Virus record (IMG/VR): IMGVR_UViG_3300010429_001449
DNA: 64,000 bases
Strand: one strand, 5' to 3'
From: a virus
Lineage: Duplodnaviria; Caudoviricetes
The notes beneath the pieces were generated by a model that had not been told where the DNA came from, ran no database searches, and saw only the letters and a list, made by a program, of their open reading frames with translations. Positions 16,946-26,370 of this stretch are shown here, piece after piece. Position 1 is the first letter of the stretch. Each line of letters starts with the position of its first letter. The translations under genes and the position numbers were made by a program.

Positions 16946-18392
16946 CTTCCGTCTCCTTTCGCCAATAGGCCAAACGCGCCTCTGCCATCTGAATGTACTC
17001 GGGGCATTCGTCTATGCCAATGCCGCGCAGACCTTCCAGCGCGGCGGCGCACAAAATGGAACCAGAACCGCAGAACGGGTCCAGAACGAGACCGCCTACG
17101 GGAGTAATGAGCCGCAAGAGGTATTTGCAAAGTTGCAACGGCTTTACGGTCGGGTGAACGTTTCCTTCGCCCCGGAGTCGTGGCCGTTGCTTAGTCTCCG
17201 TATAGATTCGTTCTTCCTCTGCTAGGAGAGTTTCCCACGTTGCTTTGTCTATGCGGACAATGCCGCTTGGACGACTGCTGTCGAGCCGCCAGTAGAAGTC
17301 TTCAAGACCTTTGTTTCTCTCACTTGGCGCAGCCTTAGAGCAGTAAAAATAGCGCGAAGCGCCGCCTTCGTCGGTATGTCCTCGCGCCCCGCGATTCGTC
17401 TGAAACGTACCGCCCCACGTGTTGCCCAAAGGCGCTTCGCTAGGAGCTTCGATCCGTTTGGTTTTCGAGTAACCGCTCTGTTCGTCTAGCTCTTTGGCCG
17501 GGCAGCCATCAACACAATCCTCCGAGCCGGGAAAGCACTTGAAAAAACGCGAAGCGCCTCCTTCATCCGCGTAGGAATCCCGCAAAATTGCCTTGTCCGG
17601 CATATCCCCGCCGTACCCGCCTTGTCCTTTGGACTTCTTGCGTTCCTGACCAGCAGCCATACGTCCGCTTTTCAAGTGGCCGCTCTGTTCATCCAACTCA
17701 TGCGCGGGACATTCCTCGGAACATGCCTCTCCGCACTCCGGAGAGTGCGTAAACACTACGTCGGCGGGAAAACGGCCTACGTCGGTCGTTCCCACGGCGC
17801 GGCAGCCCTTCAAACCCGTGCCGTAAGCGTGTCGTTCCTCGTTGTCGTTGTTTCCTGTCGTTCTGAGGGGTCTCCCGGCGGCTGGGATGCGACAATCATC
17901 TATGCGGAGGGTTCCAGTGCCCCAGGTCTCGATATTTCGCTCTACAGACCCGTCGCAGGGCTTCTGGCCGAAAATCCATTCCTCGGTTGCGGGCTTCAGT
18001 TGGTGTTTGCTTTTGGGCCATCCTTGTCCGAAATGATGATAGACCTTACCTTTGATGTAAAATCCGCCGTCTTCCACGGCGGTAGCCGTCCAATGAGCCG
18101 TGCGCGGGAGAGACCAGACAAGGATGTGGCCGCCCGGTTTCAGGACGCGGTAGCATTCCGTCATCACGGACGCCAACCACGCCACCCATTTATCGCGGCC
18201 CCCTCTATCCGAATCCCATCCTACACGGGAATCCATGAAGTTAATAGCTGCAGGGGGGTCCGTAACTATCGAATCAACACAGTTGTCGCCCATTTCCGTG
18301 AGCAGAGCGAGGCAATCACCAGTCAAGAGCTTAAACGGTTCCACGTTTTTTTCTCCACACATAGACGCACTTGCGAAGTTCCTGTCTGCCAT
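16923..18392 (-). CDS. DNA amino-methyltransferase (beta class, N6A/N4C)
   Basis: IVTDPP, RVLKPGG, HPTVKP, LDPFCGSGS. Confidence 0.9.
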   Translation of the reverse strand: MADRNFASASMCGEKNVEPFKLLTGDCLALLTEMGDNCVDSIVTDPPAAINFMDSRVGWDSDRGGRDKWVAWLASVMTECYRVLKPGGHILVWSLPRTAHWTATAVEDGGFYIKGKVYHHFGQGWPKSKHQLKPATEEWIFGQKPCDGSVERNIETWGTGTLRIDDCRIPAAGRPLRTTGNNDNEERHAYGTGLKGCRAVGTTDVGRFPADVVFTHSPECGEACSEECPAHELDEQSGHLKSGRMAAGQERKKSKGQGGYGGDMPDKAILRDSYADEGGASRFFKCFPGSEDCVDGCPAKELDEQSGYSKTKRIEAPSEAPLGNTWGGTFQTNRGARGHTDEGGASRYFYCSKAAPSERNKGLEDFYWRLDSSRPSGIVRIDKATWETLLAEEERIYTETKQRPRLRGEGNVHPTVKPLQLCKYLLRLITPVGGLVLDPFCGSGSILCAAALEGLRGIGIDECPEYIQMAEARLAYWRKETEDADSTSS

Positions 18393-19677
18393 TCTTGGCC
18401 ATCTGCTGGCTGCTGTTGCCTTTTCCGTGCGGGACTACCCAGATAGCCTCTACGTCAAAGCCGACATGCTGAGCGAAATCGGAGAGAATGAGGTCTACCG
18501 GAATAGGTATCCATTGATACTGCACGTTGTCATTGACCATCACGAAAGGAGCGCCTTCTTTAAGCAGGACGGCGGCCTGCGCGATAACCAAGCTCATCTC
18601 AAAGAAGTAATTATAGACCAGTACCGTTATTTTGGGGTTATTCAGCATCCCCGTAGCGCGGCAAAAGATCAGTTTCGCCACAATCTCGGCGAGGTCTTTC
18701 TGCGCCTCGAACGCCGTCTTAGCCGCTGCGTAAACGTCGGCGGAGAAATAGCCGGTCAAATCCGTCTTGCTAAGATTCTCCACGGTACAACTCAGCATAG
18801 CCTGGCGAAGCGATTTCACCGCATCAGCACTTTCGCCGAGCAGAGCCAATTCCAGAGCGTACGTTCGCGTGTAGTCGTAGCGGTTGCAGTAGGGAGGGGA
18901 AGTGATTATGCCGTCAAAACTGGCTGGTGCGAGCAAGCCCATGATCTGTAGGCACGATCCTTTAATCAACGAGACACGCCCTTTGTGCCCGTCTGGAACA
19001 GCGCCCGCCAACAAGTCGGCCTCTATGCGAGCTAGTTTACTCTGGATTGCCTGCGTGAAAGATGCGATGTGGCGCTTGTGAAATGTCTTTCCCGCCGAAT
19101 GGCCGGAGCGACTATCCCACCGCAAGTACTGACCGTCTTTCCGAGTGTAACTGATTTCCTCCAGAACGCTCAGCGCGGCGAGACCCAACACACGCCCTAG
19201 CACGATGTTATGCACCCGACATGCGTCATAACGGTAACGGCACAACTGCCGTTCGGTTTCTGGAGGAAACGCGCCGCGTGTAATCGGCAGATGATAGAAT
19301 GGAATCGTCTCTCCTGCGCGTTCCCACGAACGCGCCTCACTAAACCGTTTGATTCCGTCCGCCAAGTCTTTCTTATCGCTCACACCTACATCTCTGAGCG
19401 CACTGATTACTACCTGCCCGTAGGGCAGAAGTTCAATGCCCGTCGCTGAGAGTCCTGCATTACTCGCGGCGAAGAGCGTCGTCCCTGTGCCAGCAAACGG
19501 GTCCAACACACAGCCGGATTTGAGGCCAGTCTTAGCCAAGACATACGTCACAAAGTCCGCCGAGAAGCCTTCTCTGAACGGACACCAACCGTAGCTACCG
19601 TTGTCCTTGTTGCCCTGAGAGCTAACAAGTTGTCGGGTCAAATCGGGATTAATCTGTAGCTTGTCTGTAACAGACAT
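18331..19677 (-). CDS. DNA methyltransferase (N4C-type, alpha order)
   Basis: LDPFAGTGTT precedes ITSPPY. Confidence 0.9.
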   Translation of the reverse strand: MSVTDKLQINPDLTRQLVSSQGNKDNGSYGWCPFREGFSADFVTYVLAKTGLKSGCVLDPFAGTGTTLFAASNAGLSATGIELLPYGQVVISALRDVGVSDKKDLADGIKRFSEARSWERAGETIPFYHLPITRGAFPPETERQLCRYRYDACRVHNIVLGRVLGLAALSVLEEISYTRKDGQYLRWDSRSGHSAGKTFHKRHIASFTQAIQSKLARIEADLLAGAVPDGHKGRVSLIKGSCLQIMGLLAPASFDGIITSPPYCNRYDYTRTYALELALLGESADAVKSLRQAMLSCTVENLSKTDLTGYFSADVYAAAKTAFEAQKDLAEIVAKLIFCRATGMLNNPKITVLVYNYFFEMSLVIAQAAVLLKEGAPFVMVNDNVQYQWIPIPVDLILSDFAQHVGFDVEAIWVVPHGKGNSSQQMAKNGRQELRKCVYVWRKKRGTV

Positions 19678-20312
19678 TATTCGTCCCTCTCGCAGGAACC
19701 GTTCCGAAGAACGATCCAAAAGCAGTGCTGCTTACGGAGATGCTTTACAGTCTTCCACATGCTGGACTTCAAGTGTCCCGCGCACGGGTCCACCTTTACG
19801 AGCATATCGCACGGAGTTAGCCCCTGAACCACCGCTTCGTTAATCAGGGCGACGTGCTGCCACTGGTACTTGTGGTTGCGAACAAGGTCCGCAATCTTCA
19901 CAAGCACAATAGCGTTGGGTTTCAAAAGTCGCTTAAACTCAGCCAGCGCGGACGGAAACAGCCCTACCACCGTATCTTTCTCGCGCCCGTCCGTGAACTT
20001 CGGCGTGTTGTATCGCTGGTTGTAGATGCTCGATTCACTGATGTTCCCCGGCCAATGAGGCGGGTCGAACACGATTACGTCGAAGGAAGCGTCCGGAAAA
20101 GGAAGTTGGCGAAAGTCGGCGGCAACATCTACGGACAGAGTCGGGTCTTTGTCTGTCTTTATTGTCGGAGCGAGCGCAGCCTTCTTCCACATGCGCCCGC
20201 CGCCGTAGGTGCAATCAAGGATTGCCGGTTCCGGCGGCGCGTGTACGGAAAGAAGGACGTTGAGCGCTTCAGAATCCGTCCCGAACAGCAACGACATTGG
20301 GCGATCTGCCAC
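19677..20312 (-). CDS. SAM-dependent (probably DNA amino-) methyltransferase
   Basis: ILDCTYGGG, DFRQLPF, VFDPPH, RLLKP. Confidence 0.82.
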   Translation of the reverse strand: MADRPMSLLFGTDSEALNVLLSVHAPPEPAILDCTYGGGRMWKKAALAPTIKTDKDPTLSVDVAADFRQLPFPDASFDVIVFDPPHWPGNISESSIYNQRYNTPKFTDGREKDTVVGLFPSALAEFKRLLKPNAIVLVKIADLVRNHKYQWQHVALINEAVVQGLTPCDMLVKVDPCAGHLKSSMWKTVKHLRKQHCFWIVLRNGSCERDE

Positions 20313-20321
20313 CGTCGACTC

Positions 20322-20600
20322 CTACGGGTTAGGGACAGCGTCGAGAATCGCCATAACCTCGCGGAGAAAATCAAGCTGCGTAAGCACCAGTTTGACCTCC
20401 GGTCCCTCCAGCGGGTTGCTGTCGCTCTTTCGCGCAACAGCCGTCACCGCCTTTCCAACTTCCGCGTAGCAGCGCTCGCGCTCTGCCGAGACCAAGAGGA
20501 AAATGTCTTTCAACATAGACCTCAACACCCGCGCATCTCGGTCGCTACCGTCCGCCTTTTTGACGTTTTCTTCTCCGACGTAGTCAGACGACTTACACAT
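20322..20600 (-). CDS. Hypothetical protein
   Basis: Overlaps the upstream stop codon; GGAG RBS. Confidence 0.55.
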   Translation of the reverse strand: MCKSSDYVGEENVKKADGSDRDARVLRSMLKDIFLLVSAERERCYAEVGKAVTAVARKSDSNPLEGPEVKLVLTQLDFLREVMAILDAVPNP

Positions 20601-21063
20601 GCTTGTTCTTCTCCATCAAAATCCAGTGTTTGTTTGTATTGGGATGCGGCGGCAAGAAGTCCTTGAGCATTTCCGGTTCTGTTACGAACTGCAAGGGACC
20701 GAGCCATGAATTGACGACACTGACCAGATTCCCTCGTTCCGCATCCACAACCGGCCAAGCACACACGGCGTGCAGATTGAACAGGGGGTGCATTATCGTG
20801 AGAATGCCGCCACGCCTGCAGACCTCACGCCAATCAGCAGTCTGTTCCATCCTCAACCCAAAGTATTCGACGGTCTCTTTCGCGCAGATCGTGCTTCCGA
20901 AGCGACACTTGGCAACATCCTGCGCGGCGTCTATGTCCGCCACGTCGCCGCCCAAGCACAACACTAAGTTGGCGCAAGCGTAGACGAAACAACACGTACC
21001 GCCGCGTTGCTCAAACCACGACGAGCACACCGTAGAACCTACGGCAATATTCCCAAGTCCCAA
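20593..21063 (-). CDS. Hypothetical Cys-rich protein
   Basis: 156-aa ORF with AGGAG RBS. Confidence 0.6.
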   Translation of the reverse strand: MGLGNIAVGSTVCSSWFEQRGGTCCFVYACANLVLCLGGDVADIDAAQDVAKCRFGSTICAKETVEYFGLRMEQTADWREVCRRGGILTIMHPLFNLHAVCAWPVVDAERGNLVSVVNSWLGPLQFVTEPEMLKDFLPPHPNTNKHWILMEKNKHV

Positions 21064-21190
21064 AGGTCATTCTCCTTTTCTTCGATGGAGTGATCGGGAC
21101 AGAAGGCTTCACCGTCGTCTCCTATCCCCCGCAACGATGCCCGCTACCACGAAGACACCGACTACTACTGCTATGATTGTTCGAGCACGC

Positions 21191-21616
21191 TTACGACTCC
21201 TTTCTCGCACGGCGGACGAATCCGTAAGGGAGACACCCGAAACGAATGTCATCGTCGGTCTCGCCGCGCTTGAACGGCTCTTCTTTGCCGAAGATAGTCG
21301 TGATCGTGTAACCATCGGGAAGATGCTCGTACCATTCGCCGGGGAATAACCAGAGGACGTTTCCTTCCTCGTCGGGATCACGCCACCTACCCAGGCAAAG
21401 TTCTACCAACTCATCGTCGGTAGCGTTCTCGCGCAGCCTGTCGAGATCATCAGCGCTTCGCGGAACCCACTTGACGCGCCGCTGGTCGGGACGCTCGAAC
21501 TGGGGCGTGATGATTTCGATCTTCTCACCGGAGCCTGCGCCCAGAATGCGTTGAAGGGCGCTTGCAAGGTCTGCGCCGTCCAGCTTTTTCGGTTCAAACG
21601 ACTTCTTCGCGGACAT
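21191..21616 (-). CDS. Hypothetical protein
   Basis: ATG at 21616 with GGAGG RBS; DDDIRFGCL motif. Confidence 0.7.
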   Translation of the reverse strand: MSAKKSFEPKKLDGADLASALQRILGAGSGEKIEIITPQFERPDQRRVKWVPRSADDLDRLRENATDDELVELCLGRWRDPDEEGNVLWLFPGEWYEHLPDGYTITTIFGKEEPFKRGETDDDIRFGCLPYGFVRRARKES

Positions 21617-21618
21617 GA

Positions 21619-22086
21619 TTATCGTCCTCCAAAGGGTAAGAGGGGTACCTCTCCTGAGCTTAGCATACGCGCTACGTGAGGCATAGCGGCGTCGCCTATG
21701 GTTTGACCCGTCGGAAGCATTATCCACGGCAGGAACGCCTTCTCGGGCGGCAGCACATCGTTTTCTACGGCTTCGAGGGCTGCCTTGAGAATCAGGAGCA
21801 GAACGCGCCACTGCTGACGACAAGAGGCTTCCCAAGCCTGTTGCACAGCGCTTTCCGAACGATCAAGACCCGTAGGCGTCTTTGTGAACTCCGGCGCGGC
21901 GGGATCAGGAAGCGGCACACGAATCGCCAGCGGGAGACTGCGGTAGGTGAACTGCACAAGCGCCTGCCGCTGCCGCTGACTGCTCCCAGTAATCACATCG
22001 TCCGCGCCGTATTTGCGAAGCGTGCGTTCGATATCGGCTTGGGTCCGATTCACAGGAACGTCGGTATTAACGGCGTACTTACTCAC
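21619..22086 (-). CDS. Conserved phage hypothetical protein
   Basis: YA..T.V...RT.A.IE..L.KYGA...WR.L.L..KA.LEA pattern. Confidence 0.75.
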   Translation of the reverse strand: MSKYAVNTDVPVNRTQADIERTLRKYGADDVITGSSQRQRQALVQFTYRSLPLAIRVPLPDPAAPEFTKTPTGLDRSESAVQQAWEASCRQQWRVLLLILKAALEAVENDVLPPEKAFLPWIMLPTGQTIGDAAMPHVARMLSSGEVPLLPFGGR

Positions 22087-23030
22087 AGGGCTTCCTTCGG
22101 ACGACCCGCCGCAAACGCCTCAAACGCTCGCGTCGCGCTCATCACTTCGTCGTGAATGGCGGTAAGTTGAGCGCGGTCAGTAGGCATCACCTTTCGGAGC
22201 GCCCACAGACGATCCTTCATCTCCAGCAGCAGACGGTAGTCCTCGGCGAGTTGTTTCTCCGTTTCTATAGGCGCGGTTTCCGGCTGTGGGACATCCTCTG
22301 GCGATCCCGCCTTGTGTTCCTTTGCCCACTGCTCCGCGAACGCAGCATCGTACAAACAACGAACGGGGCGCGAAAGCGGCACGAGTTCCGTTGCGATAAT
22401 ATTGCGTAGGATGCTGTCGAACGTCTCTTTATTGAACGGGCCGTCCAACAAGTCGTGCCCCCGCTCCCAATCCTCGCCCGGTTCGAGCTTGCGACACAGG
22501 CACTGACCGCCGAGATAACCGGCGTAGCCTTTGTCGTCTGGCGGACGGAATACGAGGACGTACTTCCGCTCAGGCGTGAACAACACCAATCTGCCGTGCC
22601 GCTCCTTCTCGTCGACGAAAACGTAGTCGTCGATATTGCCACCCCGCGACTCTACGAGATACCGCGCCCAGCTCTTGATCATCGCCGCCGCTTCCTCAAG
22701 CAGATTGCGCGAGCTTTTTTCACAAGGGGGCCGAGGACACGCTTGATGAAACTCGTTGCAGTAAGCATCCCATACTCTTGGCAACAGATAATTACGGATG
22801 CGATCTATCTCGTCGCTTACGTCAGCAAGCATGAAGAAGCTACTGTCTCCTGCCGAGTGCCAGATCAACTTGTCCAATCTGTTAACGGCCTGGACAACAG
22901 ACATCATCAACTCTTCGCTCTTCGACATCTCTCTATTCGACACGCTTATTTCCTTTCGTTTTCTCACAACAAGATTCCACCGTAGCGTATCCGAGCTTTC
23001 CGTACTATCCGACGCGGGCGTGTAATTCAC
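22083..23030 (-). CDS. Hypothetical protein (start uncertain, probably near 22943)
   Basis: Long ORF; YLGG..CRK..PGEDW.RG.DL.DG motif. Confidence 0.7.
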   Translation of the reverse strand: MNYTPASDSTESSDTLRWNLVVRKRKEISVSNREMSKSEELMMSVVQAVNRLDKLIWHSAGDSSFFMLADVSDEIDRIRNYLLPRVWDAYCNEFHQACPRPPCEKSSRNLLEEAAAMIKSWARYLVESRGGNIDDYVFVDEKERHGRLVLFTPERKYVLVFRPPDDKGYAGYLGGQCLCRKLEPGEDWERGHDLLDGPFNKETFDSILRNIIATELVPLSRPVRCLYDAAFAEQWAKEHKAGSPEDVPQPETAPIETEKQLAEDYRLLLEMKDRLWALRKVMPTDRAQLTAIHDEVMSATRAFEAFAAGRPKEAL

Positions 23031-23223
23031 GAAGTAACGCTTCAGTCGTAGCGCAGCCCAAGGGGGGATCGCACAGATGCGCGGCCAGAATTTCCGCGAA
23101 CGCTTCCGCGAGATCAGGGTCCATCACTTTTGATGACGTTTTCGCCGTACACCAGGCGCGGGCAGCTTCTTGGCGAGCAAACTCCATTCGACGTTCCTGT
23201 TCTGTTTTCGTAATCTCAGACAT
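23005..23223 (-). CDS. Hypothetical protein
   Basis: 72-aa ORF in the operon. Confidence 0.55.
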   Translation of the reverse strand: MSEITKTEQERRMEFARQEAARAWCTAKTSSKVMDPDLAEAFAEILAAHLCDPPLGCATTEALLRELHARVG

Positions 23224-23446
23224 TTCCTTTTCTCCTTATCTCAACAATCGCAGCGTCTATCGAAGACGACAACTTGCCTTTGTCGCCACGAACCGCCGCG
23301 CTGATTAGCGAGCGAATAGCCTCTCTCTTTTCCGGCGACCACGACGCCACGGCGCAGCTACAACACAAAACCTCAGCGTCGCCCGGCAACACATTCTCAA
23401 GACTTTTGCGCCCGCACTTGGAGCAAACAATCCACTTCTTAGACAT
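23216..23446 (-). CDS. Hypothetical zinc-binding protein
   Basis: MSKKWIVCSKC...CCSC. Confidence 0.55.
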   Translation of the reverse strand: MSKKWIVCSKCGRKSLENVLPGDAEVLCCSCAVASWSPEKREAIRSLISAAVRGDKGKLSSSIDAAIVEIRRKGNV

Positions 23447-23475
23447 GAAAATCACCTTTCGGGCGCAATCCTTTA

Positions 23476-24327
23476 TCAAGCACCGGCAGCCCCTCCGACT
23501 TTTCGGTAACACGTCTTGCCGTCCGGCTGCTCCTGTTCTTCGAGATAGCCCATCACCACCGCCATCATAAACAGGCTTCGCGCTAAGTCGTCTGGAATAT
23601 CCACATGCACTCGAATTCGAGCGAGGACGACCGCGCTGGGCATCCATTCGTAAGGCAACGACCTTACAGCGGCGGCAAAAGCCCGCTTCGTAGCGTCGCT
23701 GAATTGAATGGGGCGATCATCCTTGTGCTGCTTGAACCAGTCGTCCGTGGGATAGTACGCGCAGAACGCCTTGTAACCACAAGTGCACGTAACGTCCCAC
23801 GCAACACCTAACTCATGGAGTTCAGGCTCTCTGCCATCTATGATGACGAAGCCGCTGGTCTTGATTTCGACCTCCCGCGTCATCAGCATTTCGTAGATGT
23901 GGACGAGGTGGGCATCCCCGTAAGCAAGCCGCTCGCCACAGACCGGGCAGAAAGAGCCTATATGCGCGGTTGGCTTGATTGCAGAAACGTCAACGTCCGG
24001 GCGAAGCCTCGGAGCCTTGCGAGAATCCCACGCCTTTTGTGGAACGTCACCAAAGAAACCGCCGTGCGCATCGAGCCAGTCGTGCCATTCCTTCGGGGCT
24101 GGATAGGCAGTCGTTGCTTCGTAGCCGCAATCACACCAAACGTCCCAAACAGGGCCGCGCTTACCTATCTCCGGCAGAACGCTAAAATCAGGCAGACCGA
24201 AGTACGCAAGTATTTCGCACCCTCCGACCATTAGCATGTCTACGATGTAGGCAGAGTCACTAGCATCTAAGTAGACCAACGGCTTGCCGCAGCGGGGGCA
24301 GTATGCGCCTTTTCGTTCTGTATTCAT
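23476..24327 (-). CDS. Hypothetical protein with two tandem zinc-ribbon repeats
   Basis: CPxCG...WDVxCxCGY occurs twice. Confidence 0.75.
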   Translation of the reverse strand: MNTERKGAYCPRCGKPLVYLDASDSAYIVDMLMVGGCEILAYFGLPDFSVLPEIGKRGPVWDVWCDCGYEATTAYPAPKEWHDWLDAHGGFFGDVPQKAWDSRKAPRLRPDVDVSAIKPTAHIGSFCPVCGERLAYGDAHLVHIYEMLMTREVEIKTSGFVIIDGREPELHELGVAWDVTCTCGYKAFCAYYPTDDWFKQHKDDRPIQFSDATKRAFAAAVRSLPYEWMPSAVVLARIRVHVDIPDDLARSLFMMAVVMGYLEEQEQPDGKTCYRKVGGAAGA

Positions 24328-24518
24328 TGTTTATCCCAAACGAGCACGTCCGCCTTGCCAGAGAAGACTAACCACGCCGCTTTGAGTCTTTTGATTAAGA
24401 AGAGACCGAGAAGACCGATGGGTCTTGCAGGTTTCCATACGCCGGGAGTCACTTCGCAAGCACAATCCCAGCTACGAATGCTTGACGCCGAAAACACAGA
24501 GGGAACCGGATTCATCAT
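24324..24518 (-). CDS. Hypothetical protein
   Basis: W.PARP.G...RLKAAWLVF.GKAD motif; GAGGAG RBS. Confidence 0.65.
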   Translation of the reverse strand: MMNPVPSVFSASSIRSWDCACEVTPGVWKPARPIGLLGLFLIKRLKAAWLVFSGKADVLVWDKQ

Positions 24519-24527
24519 TGCATCTCC

Positions 24528-25208
24528 TCAAACACGATCCGGGTGTTGTTCCCGAAACGTCTTGTCCCACGCTGCGGGATCGGAGAAGTAGTCAGAAACC
24601 TCGGCAGGCACGAGGCCGCTGTTATGGAGGCTGTCAATGTTCGCTAAGGAAAGAAGCTCGACGCCGTGCTCTTTGAGCGCCTTCTCGCCGCCCTGTTGAC
24701 GATCAAAGACGACCATACAAAGCTTCACCTCAGCGCCAGCTTCGCGGAGAGCTTCAATGAACTCCAGCTTGCTGCCCGCGTCTGTTATCAGGTCTTCGAC
24801 CAGAACCACACGGCGGTCTTCGACCGACGCGCCTTCGACCTTGCCCTTCGTACCGTATTCTTTCTGCGCCTTGCGGACGTAGGCCGAGGAGAGACCCATC
24901 GAAGCTGCGAGACGTGTGGCGAACGGTATTCCTGCGCTCTCGCCGCCCGCGATGACGGGGAAAGGAGGCTTCTCCAGCAGGATGTATCCGCGCCTCGGCT
25001 CGTAGTCAAACTCAGCAAGGGCATAATGAAAGAGACCCGTGACCAGACTCATAACAGCGGGATCGCTGATGAGTTTCCGGCAATCGAAGTAGACCGGACT
25101 CAGCAAGCCGCTCTTGAGCGTGAACGGTTTGATAGTGCTGATACGCAGGGCGTCGCAGCGTACCAATGCGTCTACAACAACATGTCCGACGGGAGAGTTC
25201 TTGTTCAT
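24528..25208 (-). CDS. pyrE: Orotate phosphoribosyltransferase
   Basis: FTLKSG..SPVYFDCR, YVRK..KEYG, LVEDLITDAGS PRPP-binding loop, VFDR. Confidence 0.93.
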   Translation of the reverse strand: MNKNSPVGHVVVDALVRCDALRISTIKPFTLKSGLLSPVYFDCRKLISDPAVMSLVTGLFHYALAEFDYEPRRGYILLEKPPFPVIAGGESAGIPFATRLAASMGLSSAYVRKAQKEYGTKGKVEGASVEDRRVVLVEDLITDAGSKLEFIEALREAGAEVKLCMVVFDRQQGGEKALKEHGVELLSLANIDSLHNSGLVPAEVSDYFSDPAAWDKTFREQHPDRV

Positions 25209-25280
25209 CCTACGGCTTCCTTTCATTTCACAACTTAGGTTCTGTCTACTGCCGAGCACTCCACAACTTAGGTGTGATAC

Positions 25281-26012
25281 TCATGGCTTTAGTTTCTCAA
25301 TCCATTCCTTCGCCGCCGCCGTAGGGTCTTCTGCGCCGTAAATCGCGGAGCCGATGATGGGATACCAGTCGAACGGAGGAACCTTGCCGATGTAGATTTT
25401 GGCTTCGTCGACCTCGGCCTGCTGCCTTCCGAGTCCGGGCGTATAAACGTTGATCGGCTCTCCCTCAAATCCCGGACACTCGGTAGAGTTGTAGGCGTCC
25501 CACAAAACAGTCGCATAATGCAGTTTAGTCGCGGGCAAAACGAAGCTGCGGACGCCGCACTTAAGCGCCTCTGTGAACACACGCTTCGGCATGTCATCGG
25601 AGAGGAAACCGCCCTCGGACACTAAGAATTCCGGGTGCGTCATCACTGCGCCTACGATGAGATCGTGCACACAGTTCTGTGTCAGCCTCCGCCACGCACG
25701 ACACCAATGCCGGAGAGTATCGGGGCCTGCGAAAGGAAAAATGATCGTTCCTCTTGCGCCCGACCGGGCGCACATACTCAGCAAAGGTTCAGCCATCTGC
25801 GGAATATCAGTGCCCGCCTTTTGATGGTCGTAGATCACAGGCTTATCGGAAAGTGTGTTAATCTCCGCGACCGTTTTGCGCAAGGACGCTTCGAGGGCTA
25901 GGAGAGACCCGATCTTAAACCCGGCCACGCCGTCTAGCTGTCCCGTAGAACGAGCGAGAACTGGGAGTTTCTCGAACGGCACATCACACGCGATCACGAT
26001 TCCTTTGAACAT
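25281..26012 (-). CDS. pyrF: Orotidine-5'-phosphate decarboxylase (divergent, DHQKAGTDIP type)
   Basis: IACD, GFKIG, YDHQKAGTDIP, TPGLG.Q, IIGSAIY; adjacent to pyrE. Confidence 0.88.
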   Translation of the reverse strand: MFKGIVIACDVPFEKLPVLARSTGQLDGVAGFKIGSLLALEASLRKTVAEINTLSDKPVIYDHQKAGTDIPQMAEPLLSMCARSGARGTIIFPFAGPDTLRHWCRAWRRLTQNCVHDLIVGAVMTHPEFLVSEGGFLSDDMPKRVFTEALKCGVRSFVLPATKLHYATVLWDAYNSTECPGFEGEPINVYTPGLGRQQAEVDEAKIYIGKVPPFDWYPIIGSAIYGAEDPTAAAKEWIEKLKP

Positions 26013-26156
26013 ACACCTGTCTCCTTTGTCGCTGCGGGCAACAGTACGTAGTTTCCGCGCACCAGAAAGTTCTATCAAATTGGGCGGGAGAAAATGGGCG
26101 GTTGGTGGGTAGTTGAAACACGCCTCAGCATCAGCATAACGCTGATCTCCAAGAAG

Positions 26157-26242
26157 TGGTGGGCGAGGGGAGATTTGAACTCCCACGCGGTTTCCCGCAC
26201 CAGTGCCTGAGACTGGCTCGTCTGCCTTTCCGACACTCGCCC
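26157..26242 (-). tRNA. tRNA-Leu(CAG)
   Basis: GGGCGAG/CTCGCCC acceptor, loop CT-CAG-GC, long variable arm, CCA. Confidence 0.92.
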
Positions 26243-26247
26243 AAAAG

Positions 26248-26324
26248 TGGGGTAGGTAACGGGAATCGAACCCGTGCTTGATGGGCCACGGCCATCCGTG
26301 CGAATCCTCTACACTATACCTACC
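26248..26324 (-). tRNA. tRNA-His(GTG) with G-1, C33
   Basis: G-1:C73 pair, loop CC-GTG-GC, TTCGATT T loop, CCA. Confidence 0.92.
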
Positions 26325-26336
26325 ATCGTCATTCCT

Positions 26337-26364
26337 AGTATAACAGCGTCCCGCGAAATGTCAA
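26337..26364 (-). promoter_or_regulatory. Conserved phage promoter
   Basis: TTGACA-N16-TATACT. Confidence 0.85.
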
Positions 26365-26370
26365 GCGGAA

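Noticed and set aside
26020-26155. Extra tRNA or pyr attenuator upstream of pyrF
   Set aside because: Only a short hairpin and a CCCACCA are visible; no cloverleaf or PyrR-binding motif.
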